Source of the DNA: Oopsacas minuta
Lineage: Eukaryota; Animalia; Porifera
Assembly (NCBI GenBank): GCA_024704765.1
Contig: JAKMXF010000323.1
Location: 292,403 to 356,402 of the forward strand
Reading direction: 5' to 3'
DNA length: 64,000 nt
Of this stretch, positions 11,613 to 22,094 are shown one piece after another. The notes beneath the pieces are model-generated. The model ran no database searches. It was not told where the DNA came from and saw only the letters and a program-made list of their open reading frames with translations. The position numbers were made by a program, and so were the translations under genes. The stretch's first letter is position 1. Every line of letters starts with the position of its first letter.

Positions 11613-13689
11613 CAGTCAAACCTCCAATAGTGAACACCTCTCATTAGTGAACACCTCCAAATAGTGAACACTATATTCTGGTCCCAAATATTTCCCTACC
11701 AAATAATATTTATAAGAACCTCTCTTTAATGAACACCTCTATACTGTGAATAGTGAACACCTTATTTGAACATTTCATAAGTATCTCAATTAGAATGAAC
11801 CTCCAATTAGTGAACATGGGTCAGGTTTCTGAATACAAAATAAACAGTGTTATATGAAAAGCGTGAAAAGATAATGTCACATATGCATATACTACTAATA
11901 AGTTATCAATTGCCAACGTATAACGTACTAATACGTAGTTTAGAATTACTCTACCAACTCAGGTTATTTTAGCCATCTATCCGTGATGTCACTAAAAAGG
12001 AAAAATCTTACAATATCCGAAAAGCTCAATGTAATAGAATTTGCCTCAACGCACAGCCAGCGTGATGTAGCTGATCGATTTGGTATATCTGTGGGAGCCG
12101 TAAATAACATTCTTAAGAAGAAACAGGAAATCCAAATGGCTTGCGAAGAAAACTGTAACCCACAAATGAAGCGAGTTAGATTGTCTAGTCATTGTGAAGT
12201 TAATGATCTTATTTGGCAGTGGTTTGTAACAGCTAGATCAAAGAATATACCAATTTCAGGACCTATCTTACAAGCAAAGGGCATAGATTTTGCCGAACAA
12301 CTAGGTATACCATTCAAAGCCTCTAATGGCTGGTTGGAAAAGTTCAGGTCAAGGTACAATATAGCATTCAAGACACTATGCGGTGAAAGTGCCAGTGTTG
12401 ATCCGGGGACTGTTGATACATGGAAGCAACAATTACATACGATAATAGGTGGTTACAGCCCTGAAGATATTTTCAATTGTGATGAAACAGGTCTCTACTA
12501 TAAGGTTTTGCCAACTAAGTCTCTTGTAGAGAAAAACAAAATTTGCAACGGAACAAAGACGTCAAAGGATAGGTTGACAATTCTTTTGTGTGCGAATATG
12601 TCGGGTACGGAAAAATTGAAACTATTGATGATAGGGAAAAGTCAGAATCCTAGGTGCTTCAAACACATGGACTTTAGTCAAATGCCGGTGCAATGGAAAG
12701 CAAACAAAAAGGCTTGGATGGATAGTAGTATATTTGGAGAATGGTTGAAGGATATCAACAATAAAATGAAGCGACAAAAGAGAAAGATTCTTGTATTCAT
12801 TGATAATGCTACAAGTCATCCTCATTCAGTATTTAGTAATATTGAGTTAAAGTTTTTTCCTGCAAATTGTACATCCCAATTACAGCCAATGGATCAAAGA
12901 ATTATACAGTCTATGAAACTTTCTTATAGGAAGATCCTCTTAATGGATGTACTAAGCAGAGTTGAATCTTGTGATTCTGGGCAAGGACTAATTAAATCGA
13001 TCACAGTTAAGCATGCGTTGTATTGGGCAGCCCAAGCTTGGGAAAATGTCAAATCTGAAACTATTCAGAAATGTTTCGCAAATGCTGGATTTGGTTTCTA
13101 TGAACACGCAAATCTTGACCATGAAGAAAATATCCAAAATATGATTGATGATTTGTCTTCCAGTCTTGGAATCGAATGTTGTTCAGGAATTAACTTCATG
13201 AATATCGATGAAGAGGAACAATTACTGCATGCATATACTGATGATGATTGGGAAACACAGCTAATAGAAAATTATTTATCACCAGCAGACAATGAAACAT
13301 TAGAATTGGATGAAGAAAGCGACTCAGATATTCCAATCTCAAAAGCTCCAACAGTAAAAGAAGTACTGTATTCATTGGATGTAATAAAGACATTCAGCAA
13401 TAACGACAGTAAGGTGTTTGGAGCTGTAATGAAAGCTGAATCAGCAATCAAAGAGCTAATATCAGAAGGAACATGTCAAAGGCAGTCAAAACTTACTGAT
13501 TATTTGGAGAAAATTAATTAATAGCTAAAAACACATTAACATTGCATACTTAAATCATAATACATTTCATATAGCTTATTAAAATTTCATTGTTATACTA
13601 TTTCAATGTAACCTCTCATTAATGAACACCTCGCTATAATGAACAAAAAAATCGGTCCCGAGGGTGTTCACTATGGAGAGGTTTGACTG
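11613..13689 (+). mobile_element. Full-length Tigger/pogo DNA transposon
   Basis: TA flanks, TIR cagtcaaacctc...gtgaacacc / ggtgttcac...gaggtttgactg, clustered subterminal tgaacacctc repeats at both ends, intact transposase. Confidence 0.95.
11986..13521 (+). CDS. Tigger/pogo transposase (CENP-B N-terminal HTH, HTH_Tnp_Tc5, DDE_1), DD29D
   Basis: RKNLTISEKL, FKASNGWLEKFRSR, FNCDETGL, FIDNATSH, QPMD motifs; 29 residues between the 2nd and 3rd Asp (counted); no stops. Confidence 0.95.
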   Translation: MSLKRKNLTISEKLNVIEFASTHSQRDVADRFGISVGAVNNILKKKQEIQMACEENCNPQMKRVRLSSHCEVNDLIWQWFVTARSKNIPISGPILQAKGIDFAEQLGIPFKASNGWLEKFRSRYNIAFKTLCGESASVDPGTVDTWKQQLHTIIGGYSPEDIFNCDETGLYYKVLPTKSLVEKNKICNGTKTSKDRLTILLCANMSGTEKLKLLMIGKSQNPRCFKHMDFSQMPVQWKANKKAWMDSSIFGEWLKDINNKMKRQKRKILVFIDNATSHPHSVFSNIELKFFPANCTSQLQPMDQRIIQSMKLSYRKILLMDVLSRVESCDSGQGLIKSITVKHALYWAAQAWENVKSETIQKCFANAGFGFYEHANLDHEENIQNMIDDLSSSLGIECCSGINFMNIDEEEQLLHAYTDDDWETQLIENYLSPADNETLELDEESDSDIPISKAPTVKEVLYSLDVIKTFSNNDSKVFGAVMKAESAIKELISEGTCQRQSKLTDYLEKIN

Positions 13690-14620
13690 TAGTATAAATC
13701 TTTATTTTCTTTAATCCGCTAATGCTAGATACTGAAAATGTACTCTTGTTGTGTAGGAAATCAAATTTTGGGAGTCCAGCGGTCATTTTGCCTTCCCAGA
13801 AATATTTGTGGAATTAAATTATGCGATATTCAAACCTTTCCATCTATGGTAATATCAGTATTATTTCAACATCAGTTAGCAATGGTATATGAAATGCATT
13901 ATTTTCACTTCGAACCAGAATTGATATCATACGTAATTGTAGAAATACATGCCATCAGTCCAGGATACCAATATTTTTCGAAATGTACGAATTTATTTGC
14001 TTAGTAAGCACTAATTGAGCGAGATTAATTACACCAAATTGATCTATCATAAAAGCATGTATAGCAATACATAATGATCTATGATCAGAATGTTGAACTA
14101 CAAAAGGTTTTAAAACAGTTTCTTTACAAAATATATAAAATTTGTGATAAAAATTTGGCACGTTTCCAAGTGACAGTAGACACCATATATTTCACATGTT
14201 TAATTAATATCAAAGTATAACTCGATAATCGTTGAATTTTGATCAAATCTGGATTGCCAATATAGTGCATATCCAACTTCCCATATCCTTGTGTTAACGT
14301 AGTACATAGATGCCAAAAGGATTTCAGTCAAGGTCTATATATTCATACGAAAAGGATCAGCAGTCCACAACATATTAATTCCCTAAATTAATCATTTCTA
14401 TGAAACTGCAATATACTTCTAAATTTCCTACTATGAATCTAATGCTAATGAATACATAAAGGTTGGTAAAAATATCTCGAAGGGTAAATACATAGAAAAT
14501 ATTTGGTAGATAGCCAGGATTTTGAAAGAGTTTGGATGAATCCAATCTGAAGCTTGCGGTCCGGACTAGATTGAAGAAAGGCCCGGATCCGGACCGTTGT
14601 CCTTCAGTTGGGCATCACTG

Positions 14621-14783
14621 ACGTAGTGGATCAATGAAATGAGAATAAGCTATTGGTAGAGAAATATAAACCAAATATTAGACAAACTAAATACGATACA
14701 CGTATTACTTAACTAATTAAGTATGTCACTTATGGTTGTCTAGTAACCTACGCCATGAGGTTTCCATAACATCGCCATCCTCA
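14621..14783 (-). mobile_element. Putative polypurine tract plus start of 3' LTR of the gypsy relic
   Basis: Minus strand reads ttttgaggatggcga then TGTTATGG (TG start at 14771), just beyond the P-element insertion; no matching 5' LTR found. Confidence 0.35.
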
Positions 14784-14810
14784 AAATGAAAGCGAATGTA
14801 TATGGTGACT

Positions 14811-17800
14811 CGTGACCTACGTTAAATAAGGCTTATGCACTAACTTTGTGAACGTGGACCATGAATTAAAGGAAGGCTATTGATCAAATTTATATTGGGT
14901 CAGATATGATATTTAATTGTGTTTAATGATTTAGAAATGATATTGAAAAGTAAATACGTATTATTATGAGTCTACTAAGGTAGGAAAATACAATTCAATC
15001 TGAGTAGGTAAATTAAGAATGTTAATAAGAGGTGTAAATAGTACAATGGTACTTAACAAGGAAATAGTTACAAATGCACAATCTAAATCTACTAACAGTG
15101 TTCCCCAAATTCCTCCAATCAAGTACTTTTTTAAATTTCTTCAATTTCCTTGTATTTTCAGTATAAAGTCTATGTATAGAATTCATGTTCTTTATTAAAT
15201 TAGAGAGGAACAGTTAGTAACTGATGTGATTAACTTTTCTAGGATATCCCAAACAACTGTATCACAAATAGGATAGCTATGCCTCCAGCTTTGACTCTCC
15301 TCTTCTTCGATAATTTTTAGCGTTATTTTCACGATATGCTGCCTAGATGGTCCTTGGACAATATCTTTAAACAGTAGAGGGCGGTCTTCAATTGATTTAC
15401 AAATCTTCCATAAGGAAACAATGACTTCAATTACACAAGTAGATGGCCATTTCTGTGAACCTCGATCAATTAATTGGAAGAGTGTGTAAGCTGAGTGGAG
15501 TGATTCCCCAATTTCCATTTCTTTATCTTCGGTCAGAAAAGATAAACAGGCTTGACAACGGTTTGATTTCTTAAAGTAAGAAAAAATTGTATATCCAGCA
15601 ATAAATGCTAGTGCTTGAAGTGTTTGTATAGTAACAGTAATATCTGAATAATTATGAAGGGAAGATATGAACTGCTTATGATCTAAAGTTGGAAAAGACA
15701 ATGTTCTGAAGGAGTAGAAAAAGAGCCAATAAACTCGTCAATGTAAAGTTGTTCTTTTGAAGTCTAACAAGAAAATAATTTAAAATACTTGATAATTTGA
15801 TACGTCTTTCACTTTCGAGAATTTGACAATAGCTAATATGGTACTGAGCACCGGAATTCATTCTATATAACCAAAATGGTGTTCGGGTGGATCATTTTGT
15901 ATGAAAGAAGTGCGGACATAAGTATAATCACAATCCTGCATTAGGTAGTTTATTATGGCAATTATAGCGATACAAGAATGGCGAAAGCTTGTAAAAGTTT
16001 GAGTGGTGAGTTTTCCTGTTTTTGAGGCAAGTTTTTCCATTTATCAAGCCATTCAATGACTCTTGACAGATATTTGAGTCTTGAGTCATTCAAGAAGTAA
16101 CATGAGACAATTCGTCATTCAGGCGAATACCCTTTTAAGGGTTGTTAACATTAAACATTTCCAGGTATCACAAGTAATAGTGTTAAATTCAGCTGTGTGC
16201 AAATGAGAGTCGGAAGGAGTTTCTGAACAAACTTTGAGGGCAGAAGCAGTAGAATTATCAAAAACCCTCAATGCTAATTTGACATTCTGCCTCTCTAAAC
16301 TCGAAGGCCAATATGCCTTTGCTGTTAAGCGGGGATCCAATTTTGCTAGAGACCTTTGATCAGCTTTGTACAAAACTCGAATTATTCCGAAAGAAGCAGA
16401 AAGAATTAGGGAAAAATCTTCAAAGCTGAAAAACAAAATGTACAATTGATATCTTTCTGGTTTAGCCAGTTGTTCTGAATTGATTTCAGGATATGCACAA
16501 AATCGAATGGTAAGATTAAAATTCTATTTGAATAAAAAATATCGGGAACAATGGGCTCCAAAATATATACGTTGGTGAATACATCCTGAAGATGTTCACG
16601 TTCATAGGATAGTTATCTGTACATATAATGTTAACATACAATCCACACTCGATATCTTCTATCACTTGCTTGATAATAGGGATTATATCCATTGCAGATG
16701 TATTTGAACATGTTAGTAGACGAACGATGGTTGACCATTTTTTAGATAAGCTAGAAACCATAAAAGCAAATCTAGTTTTGGCTGGCTCAGAAATGTTCTG
16801 TGATGATCCTATAACACTCCCTCCTATATAAGTGAATTCTGACTTCACATGGATTTCGTCCATTTGGACAATCACATTTCGTTCTCTTTGGTTGAAATCA
16901 GAGGTAGCCTTTCCAAAAAAGTAATATATTCGCTATCCAGACCAATTTTGTAGATAAACGCTGTAGTGTTGTGTAATGTGGAAGAGAAAGTGAGTCAAGA
17001 GATTGCAAATAATGGTAGCACGCCGGAGAGATGAGTTGGCACTTGAGTGCTATTACAATAGTCCCAATGTTGTAGGTGCGATGAGTTTTCAGACGAAACA
17101 AATTATCCAACTGACACAGAATAAAACGTAGGGAAGATAAACAGTTGATTATCTTCTTGACAAACATCTTGTATTGCCTGTGAATTCGACAACTTATCAA
17201 CTGTTAGACGCAATTGTTTGGTCACTTGAACTCTGCTGGTTAAATGTAGGGGTTGATAATTCCTGTCTATGGTTTTCAATACCGATAGATGATATCTCTT
17301 CTAGCAAGTTGTCAATATCCCGAATATCAGTAATCTGCTTTATGTATTGGTAGATTTCTTTGTTGTTAGAGAAGCGCTTTGTAGAAAAAGAATCATTGAT
17401 CGAGAGAGAAGGTTCAATATAATGAGCACCAGTGACATCCGAAATAGCAGGTTGAATGAAATGGAGTTGATTCTCATCAGTAGGCCAAAGTATCCACTGC
17501 TTTGGAAGAGAAATACGGACAAGCTTAGATTTTAATTCTTCAAATCCAAGTACTTGAAATTTCTGTTCATCAATTGTTTTCTACTCCATATTCGGTTCCA
17601 TCCCAAGAACCAAGTGATCACGATCATTGGTGTTTAAGTCTAACCGAGTTGACGGAGTACGTGTACATTGGGTTGGGTTGGATAGGTAACTGGGACAACC
17701 GGGCAAAAACAGGGAACTGCAAGTGAGCAAAGTCTAGGGAGACTGCGTTTTTCTTGCAAGATGGAACCGTCTGGTTGAGGGATACTGAAGAAAAACTCAA

Positions 17801-18371
17801 TATCTTCTTCACGGAAATGTTTTAGGCAGAGGTAAATCTTCTTAATTTCCTCAATACATTCTCTGTGAAGAAATTGTTTCCATTGAGAAACTATGTGAGG
17901 TGGACCAATAGGAATCTTGAAAATGGGTGTGTGGTTCACCGTCATAGTTACTCCTACAACCAGGAGCAGAACAGTTATTTGGCATTGCCAGAGAAAAGTG
18001 TGATAGAAGTCCAATTTGAACCAAAGGATCAATTAAGTCAGTGGCAGTCTCAGGAGGGGCGCATTTGCCTCGGATTTTAAAATCTTGGCCTCGTCGGGCA
18101 AATGCTGGGGCCGTCCCTGAATTAAGTGTGGGAAATAGATAGGGCAAATATGAATTAGACAAAACGGAAGAGTGATAAAGTGGGAAAATACATTATTGAG
18201 GAAATATGATGAAAGAGTATTTATAAAATGATCTAAATCGTGATAAGATTCATTACTAATATTATCGAAAGAATAAGTAAAAGTTATATTTCATTAATAT
18301 AATAGCCTTCCTTTAATCCATGGTCCAAGTTCACAAAGTTGGTGCATAGGCCTTATTTAACGTAGGTCACG
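14811..18371 (-). mobile_element. P-element (THAP9-type) DNA transposon, degenerate
   Basis: ~72-bp terminal inverted repeats (14810-14881 / 18301-18372); imperfect 8-bp flanks tggtgact / acatgact; fragmented P transposase inside. Confidence 0.85.
15195..17985 (-). pseudogene. THAP-domain P-element transposase pseudogene (frameshifts/stops)
   Basis: THAP C2CH MPNNCSAPGC...W...LCLKHF...LAVP; then PACYHYL, QMDEIHVK, CTDNYPMN, ERQNVKLALRVF, QNDPPEHHFG, AFIAGY, LIDRG fragments typical of the Tnp_P_element family. Confidence 0.9.
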
Positions 18372-18394
18372 ACATGACTCTATACTGAATCTGA

Positions 18395-20230
18395 GTAGCA
18401 CAACCAGTTTGGCTTTTTCCAGATTCTCGCTGATCGGCCTAAATCTTCACTTCCTCCACTTTTTCGGCTGCTCTTCTACTGGACCATCTGCTGCCCCTGT
18501 CATCTCATTCTGGGTTCCTCTGGTACATCACTATGTCTGATACTACTGGGCTATCCTACTCAATATTTTCGACATCCGTTAGTACATCACCGTTGACATT
18601 TTCAACACTTCCTTCATCTTTCGATGGAGGAATTTCCATACTGTTATCAGCAGGTTCAAGGTAGGGAATACATATTTTATCCCTGTTTTTTAGGGTGGCA
18701 AAGTCCGAGCGACTATGTGTCCTGAACTAATAGACGGGTTCTTAATCAGTTTTATGGGTGTTCTAGCCAGCAAGTTAGGCATGGCCTGCGCCCACACCTA
18801 GCAAGCAGTACAATAGTTGTTGATTTCCTGAACCATACCAATCCAAAAGTAATTGTGAGCTATAAGCTGTCCTATTTTGCCTCCCCAAATGTCCTGTAAT
18901 ATTGTGTGCTTTCCCAAATATTTCGCTGTGTAATGTTTTTGGTACCACAATTCTGGTCCCCTTGCATATGAATTAGATCGTCCTGAGGTGATTTCTCCCA
19001 TTTCACTTAGCTGAGCCCTAACGAAGCAGTGCGGCCTTGAAGTAGAGTTGCAGCCACTATGGCCCCTGTTCCTCTCTGCGCGGCGCTATATTTATCCGAG
19101 TCTCGTTCAGAGCTGATGAAAAGTAACTAATTGGCTATAGTATCCTTGTACTTGAGTCATGCTTAGAGAGGACCACTGCGATAGCGACGTTGGTAACATC
19201 TGCCTCCACTATGAATGGGTACTCCCACACAGGGTAGCGCAGTATGACAGGAGCGGCGAAATTTTGAATTTTCGCGACAAGATTGGGGCGCCGTTTCTGA
19301 GCTTTTCATCGATTTGCTTATTTATTTGTTTCCAACTTTGTGGAATTCCACGCGGCTTTTGTTTTATCTGATAAGCCTCCACGACATTATTCGCATGCTC
19401 ACCGAATTGGTGCGCGATGGTTTTGTTTGGTTTCATGCAAATACTTCGCGGAATTTAAGTAATAAGTTGATAGTTCGTTCCTTTCTTCGGGTTGTAGGTC
19501 CGGGTATCTTATTGCCTCTATTGCGCTCTCCAAGCAATCGTGATTACCTCATCCTATTCAGTGTCTTGTGAGATTTGAGATTGACTGAGAGCGGTACCAC
19601 CGCTGAAGAATGACCGTGCGCCTCTCACTGGTCTCCCAAGCGTATCTCACATCGGTTCCAAACTTCCATTAGAGCTAGACGGATTCAATTTGGTTAAGAA
19701 TTCTCTCGCCAATATGAATATTGGCACTTCTATGTCGACTATTTGTAGGCATTATAGCACCTGCTGGTCGTTTCCTGTGTCAATTTCAACTTCCACCTGC
19801 CCTGAGACAGCTATGGCTGATCGTCATAAACCGAATACTTGGCTCTCGTTCTTTCGTTCTCGATGAGCTAACCCAAATTCTCGAAGGGTTATTGCATCAA
19901 TCACTGACGAATTTGCACCCGTATCTAGCAGTGCCACACCAGGGTTACTTCTATAATCACAACCAGCATAACGGACGTTTCGAGTGTCTCACAAATAGTT
20001 TCTCGGAGCTAGATCTGGGTAGTTCGCCTTGTTGGACACATCTGAGGGGTGTGCCCTGTTCTCCTACAAATTGCGCAGAACATTTCTGGACACCACCACC
20101 ACCCATGTATTCGTTGACAAACGTAACACTCACCCCGGAGGTTTCCTGAAAGGTTGTCTACCTTCCACGCTATCTTCTCGCTCCTGCTTGTACGGAAGTT
20201 TTATTTTGTGAATAAACGTCCTTGAAGCAT
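18395..20230 (-). pseudogene. Ty3/gypsy LTR retrotransposon relic (gag zinc knuckles, protease, start of RT, integrase Zn finger and C-tail; most RT/RNaseH and integrase core missing)
   Basis: Manual minus-strand translation: CYVCQRIHGWWWCP and CAICRRTGHTPQMCP (~20030-20135), LLDTGA (~19913-19930), IKQKPRGIP...KLRNG, AHNYFWIGM...NYCTAC, RSARIWKKPNW (~18405-18440). Confidence 0.85.
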
Positions 20231-20702
20231 TGATTACTACAACCTTATCAAATTCACGATATCCCAAGTCGGTAGCCATCCCACGCTCCATTACTGAATC
20301 AATTTTTCCATGAAACGCCAGAAAACATTTTGTAAACTACTAAACTTATGGTATGACAGATGGAGAATTCAAAAAAATAAGAGTAAATTGAGTTCTGGGT
20401 ACTATAGTTCGCGTAATCTGAACTGAAACCAACTCTAGAAGTAAACCAGAACTACGATGTTGCAAAAATGAATATTTTTATCATATGTTCCCTTTGAGTT
20501 ACTCACATTTTTGTGCCTCTGAGTGTATTCTATTTATTCAAAAGTGTATATCCTGTATAAACTTAATTTCATCCATTTGCAAATGATTTCATAATATTTT
20601 CTATATTAATGCGCATTTTCTTACCCTGGTCCTTTTCGATGCATAAAGCTAACTTTACCAGCATCTTCTTCCTCATACACTTTTTGTATCACACCAATAT
20701 AC

Positions 20703-21506
20703 CAGGCACGTAACTAGAGCAAGAAATTCAGGGGGGGCAAGAAGTATTTCGGGAGGGCAATTGCAGGGATAAATATTTTTGAAAAGTTTATTACTTGTGT
20801 ATAACAAGTACGATCCAGTCTCCTTTTCTTACATGTATAACCTTTTAATTCATCAAGTACCAGATTACTAAGCTAGGGAGCACAGACTAGTCTACATTAT
20901 ATAGAATGCCATATAGTAAGAGCATTTATTAAGATACTAAACTCAATTCAGGGGTACTATTTGACATTACAAAAGAAAGCGGCGGTGCTTCATCTACTTA
21001 AAATGTTCGATCACATCATTATAACAAAGTGTTTCTGCAATATCTTTTTCAATAGATAACAGGGCAATATGGTTGAGAAACACAGTGGTCATTTGTGAGC
21101 GCAAACGAGTTTGTATTCTTTTAACAAATGAGAACATTCGCTCAACCTTGCAAGACGTCTGAAGGATAGTCACAAGAATTTGGTATAAAACAAGCATTGA
21201 AAACTGAAACACTAAGAGAATCACCAATGCTTCAACCACTTCAATGGATAGTCCAACTTCTGACAACAATTACTAGCGGTCTGTGGTAATTCAATTAAAA
21301 TTATAGTAGAAATTCAGTGCCTATCAAAATAGAACGAGTTTACTATCAATGAGCGTTACTTCCTGTTTAGTATTAAAACTATCATCGCAACGCGAGTTAT
21401 TAATTTCATAGTTTTGACGACGCAGTTGAAGTACATAGGCTATTAACTACAGTGGAGTTCACTTATTAGGAACTCGGATTTTGCAGAAATTTGGTTGCGA
21501 ATAGGG
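20703..21506 (-). mobile_element. Internally deleted copy of the 53201-56398 hAT, left (3') part
   Basis: Starts caggcacgtaacta, carries the last ~75 codons of the transposase, jumps at ~21188 to the 5' UTR region (missing ~53674-55901 of the master), breaks off at aataggg. Confidence 0.95.
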
Positions 21507-22094
21507 ATATACCCCCTTTTGAATTTTCAAACAACTTTTCAAATATATTCCTGATTTTGCAAGTTATATTGACGAACGATGGGCATCTCTTATAAGAATA
21601 CAGGTTATAAGAAGATGTAGATATAAGAACTTTCATCTACAAAACGATTCTCTTACACAGAATACCAGTTATAGGAACATATCGGTTGTAAGGACATATT
21701 TTGTTACTCCTTGGGTGATTTTATAAGCGATACTTTATTCACTAAATATTTAGATCAATTTTATTACTTTTATTTGTGCCAAAGTAGCCATCAGATTAGT
21801 ACTCAACATAAAATTTCCAGCAATTTGATTAGATCACTTGACCATCTATTTTCCATAGCAACCCAGGATTGTGACTTACACTCTCAATTTTTGTCCTAAC
21901 CCAATCGAGTTCGACGCCGCTAGCTACCCTCTAAATGACGCTTAAACACGACCTTCTATATCAACCACGCTGTCCCCGACCTTTCTTACTTATTTAACAT
22001 AAATATATGATTCTTTCTTGTATTTTGTTAATTACACGTAGCTATAAATTGATTTATTTATCGAATGGCGTTGATCTCCTAACTTGCCTAATTA

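Noticed and set aside
20230-20330. 5' LTR and primer-binding site of the gypsy relic
   Set aside because: Minus-strand tggctaccgac is only weakly PBS-like, is not preceded by CA, and nothing here matches the putative 3' LTR at 14621-14771.
20994-21269. 91-aa ORF as an independent small gene
   Set aside because: It is chimeric: non-coding hAT 5' sequence fused by the internal deletion to the transposase C-terminus.
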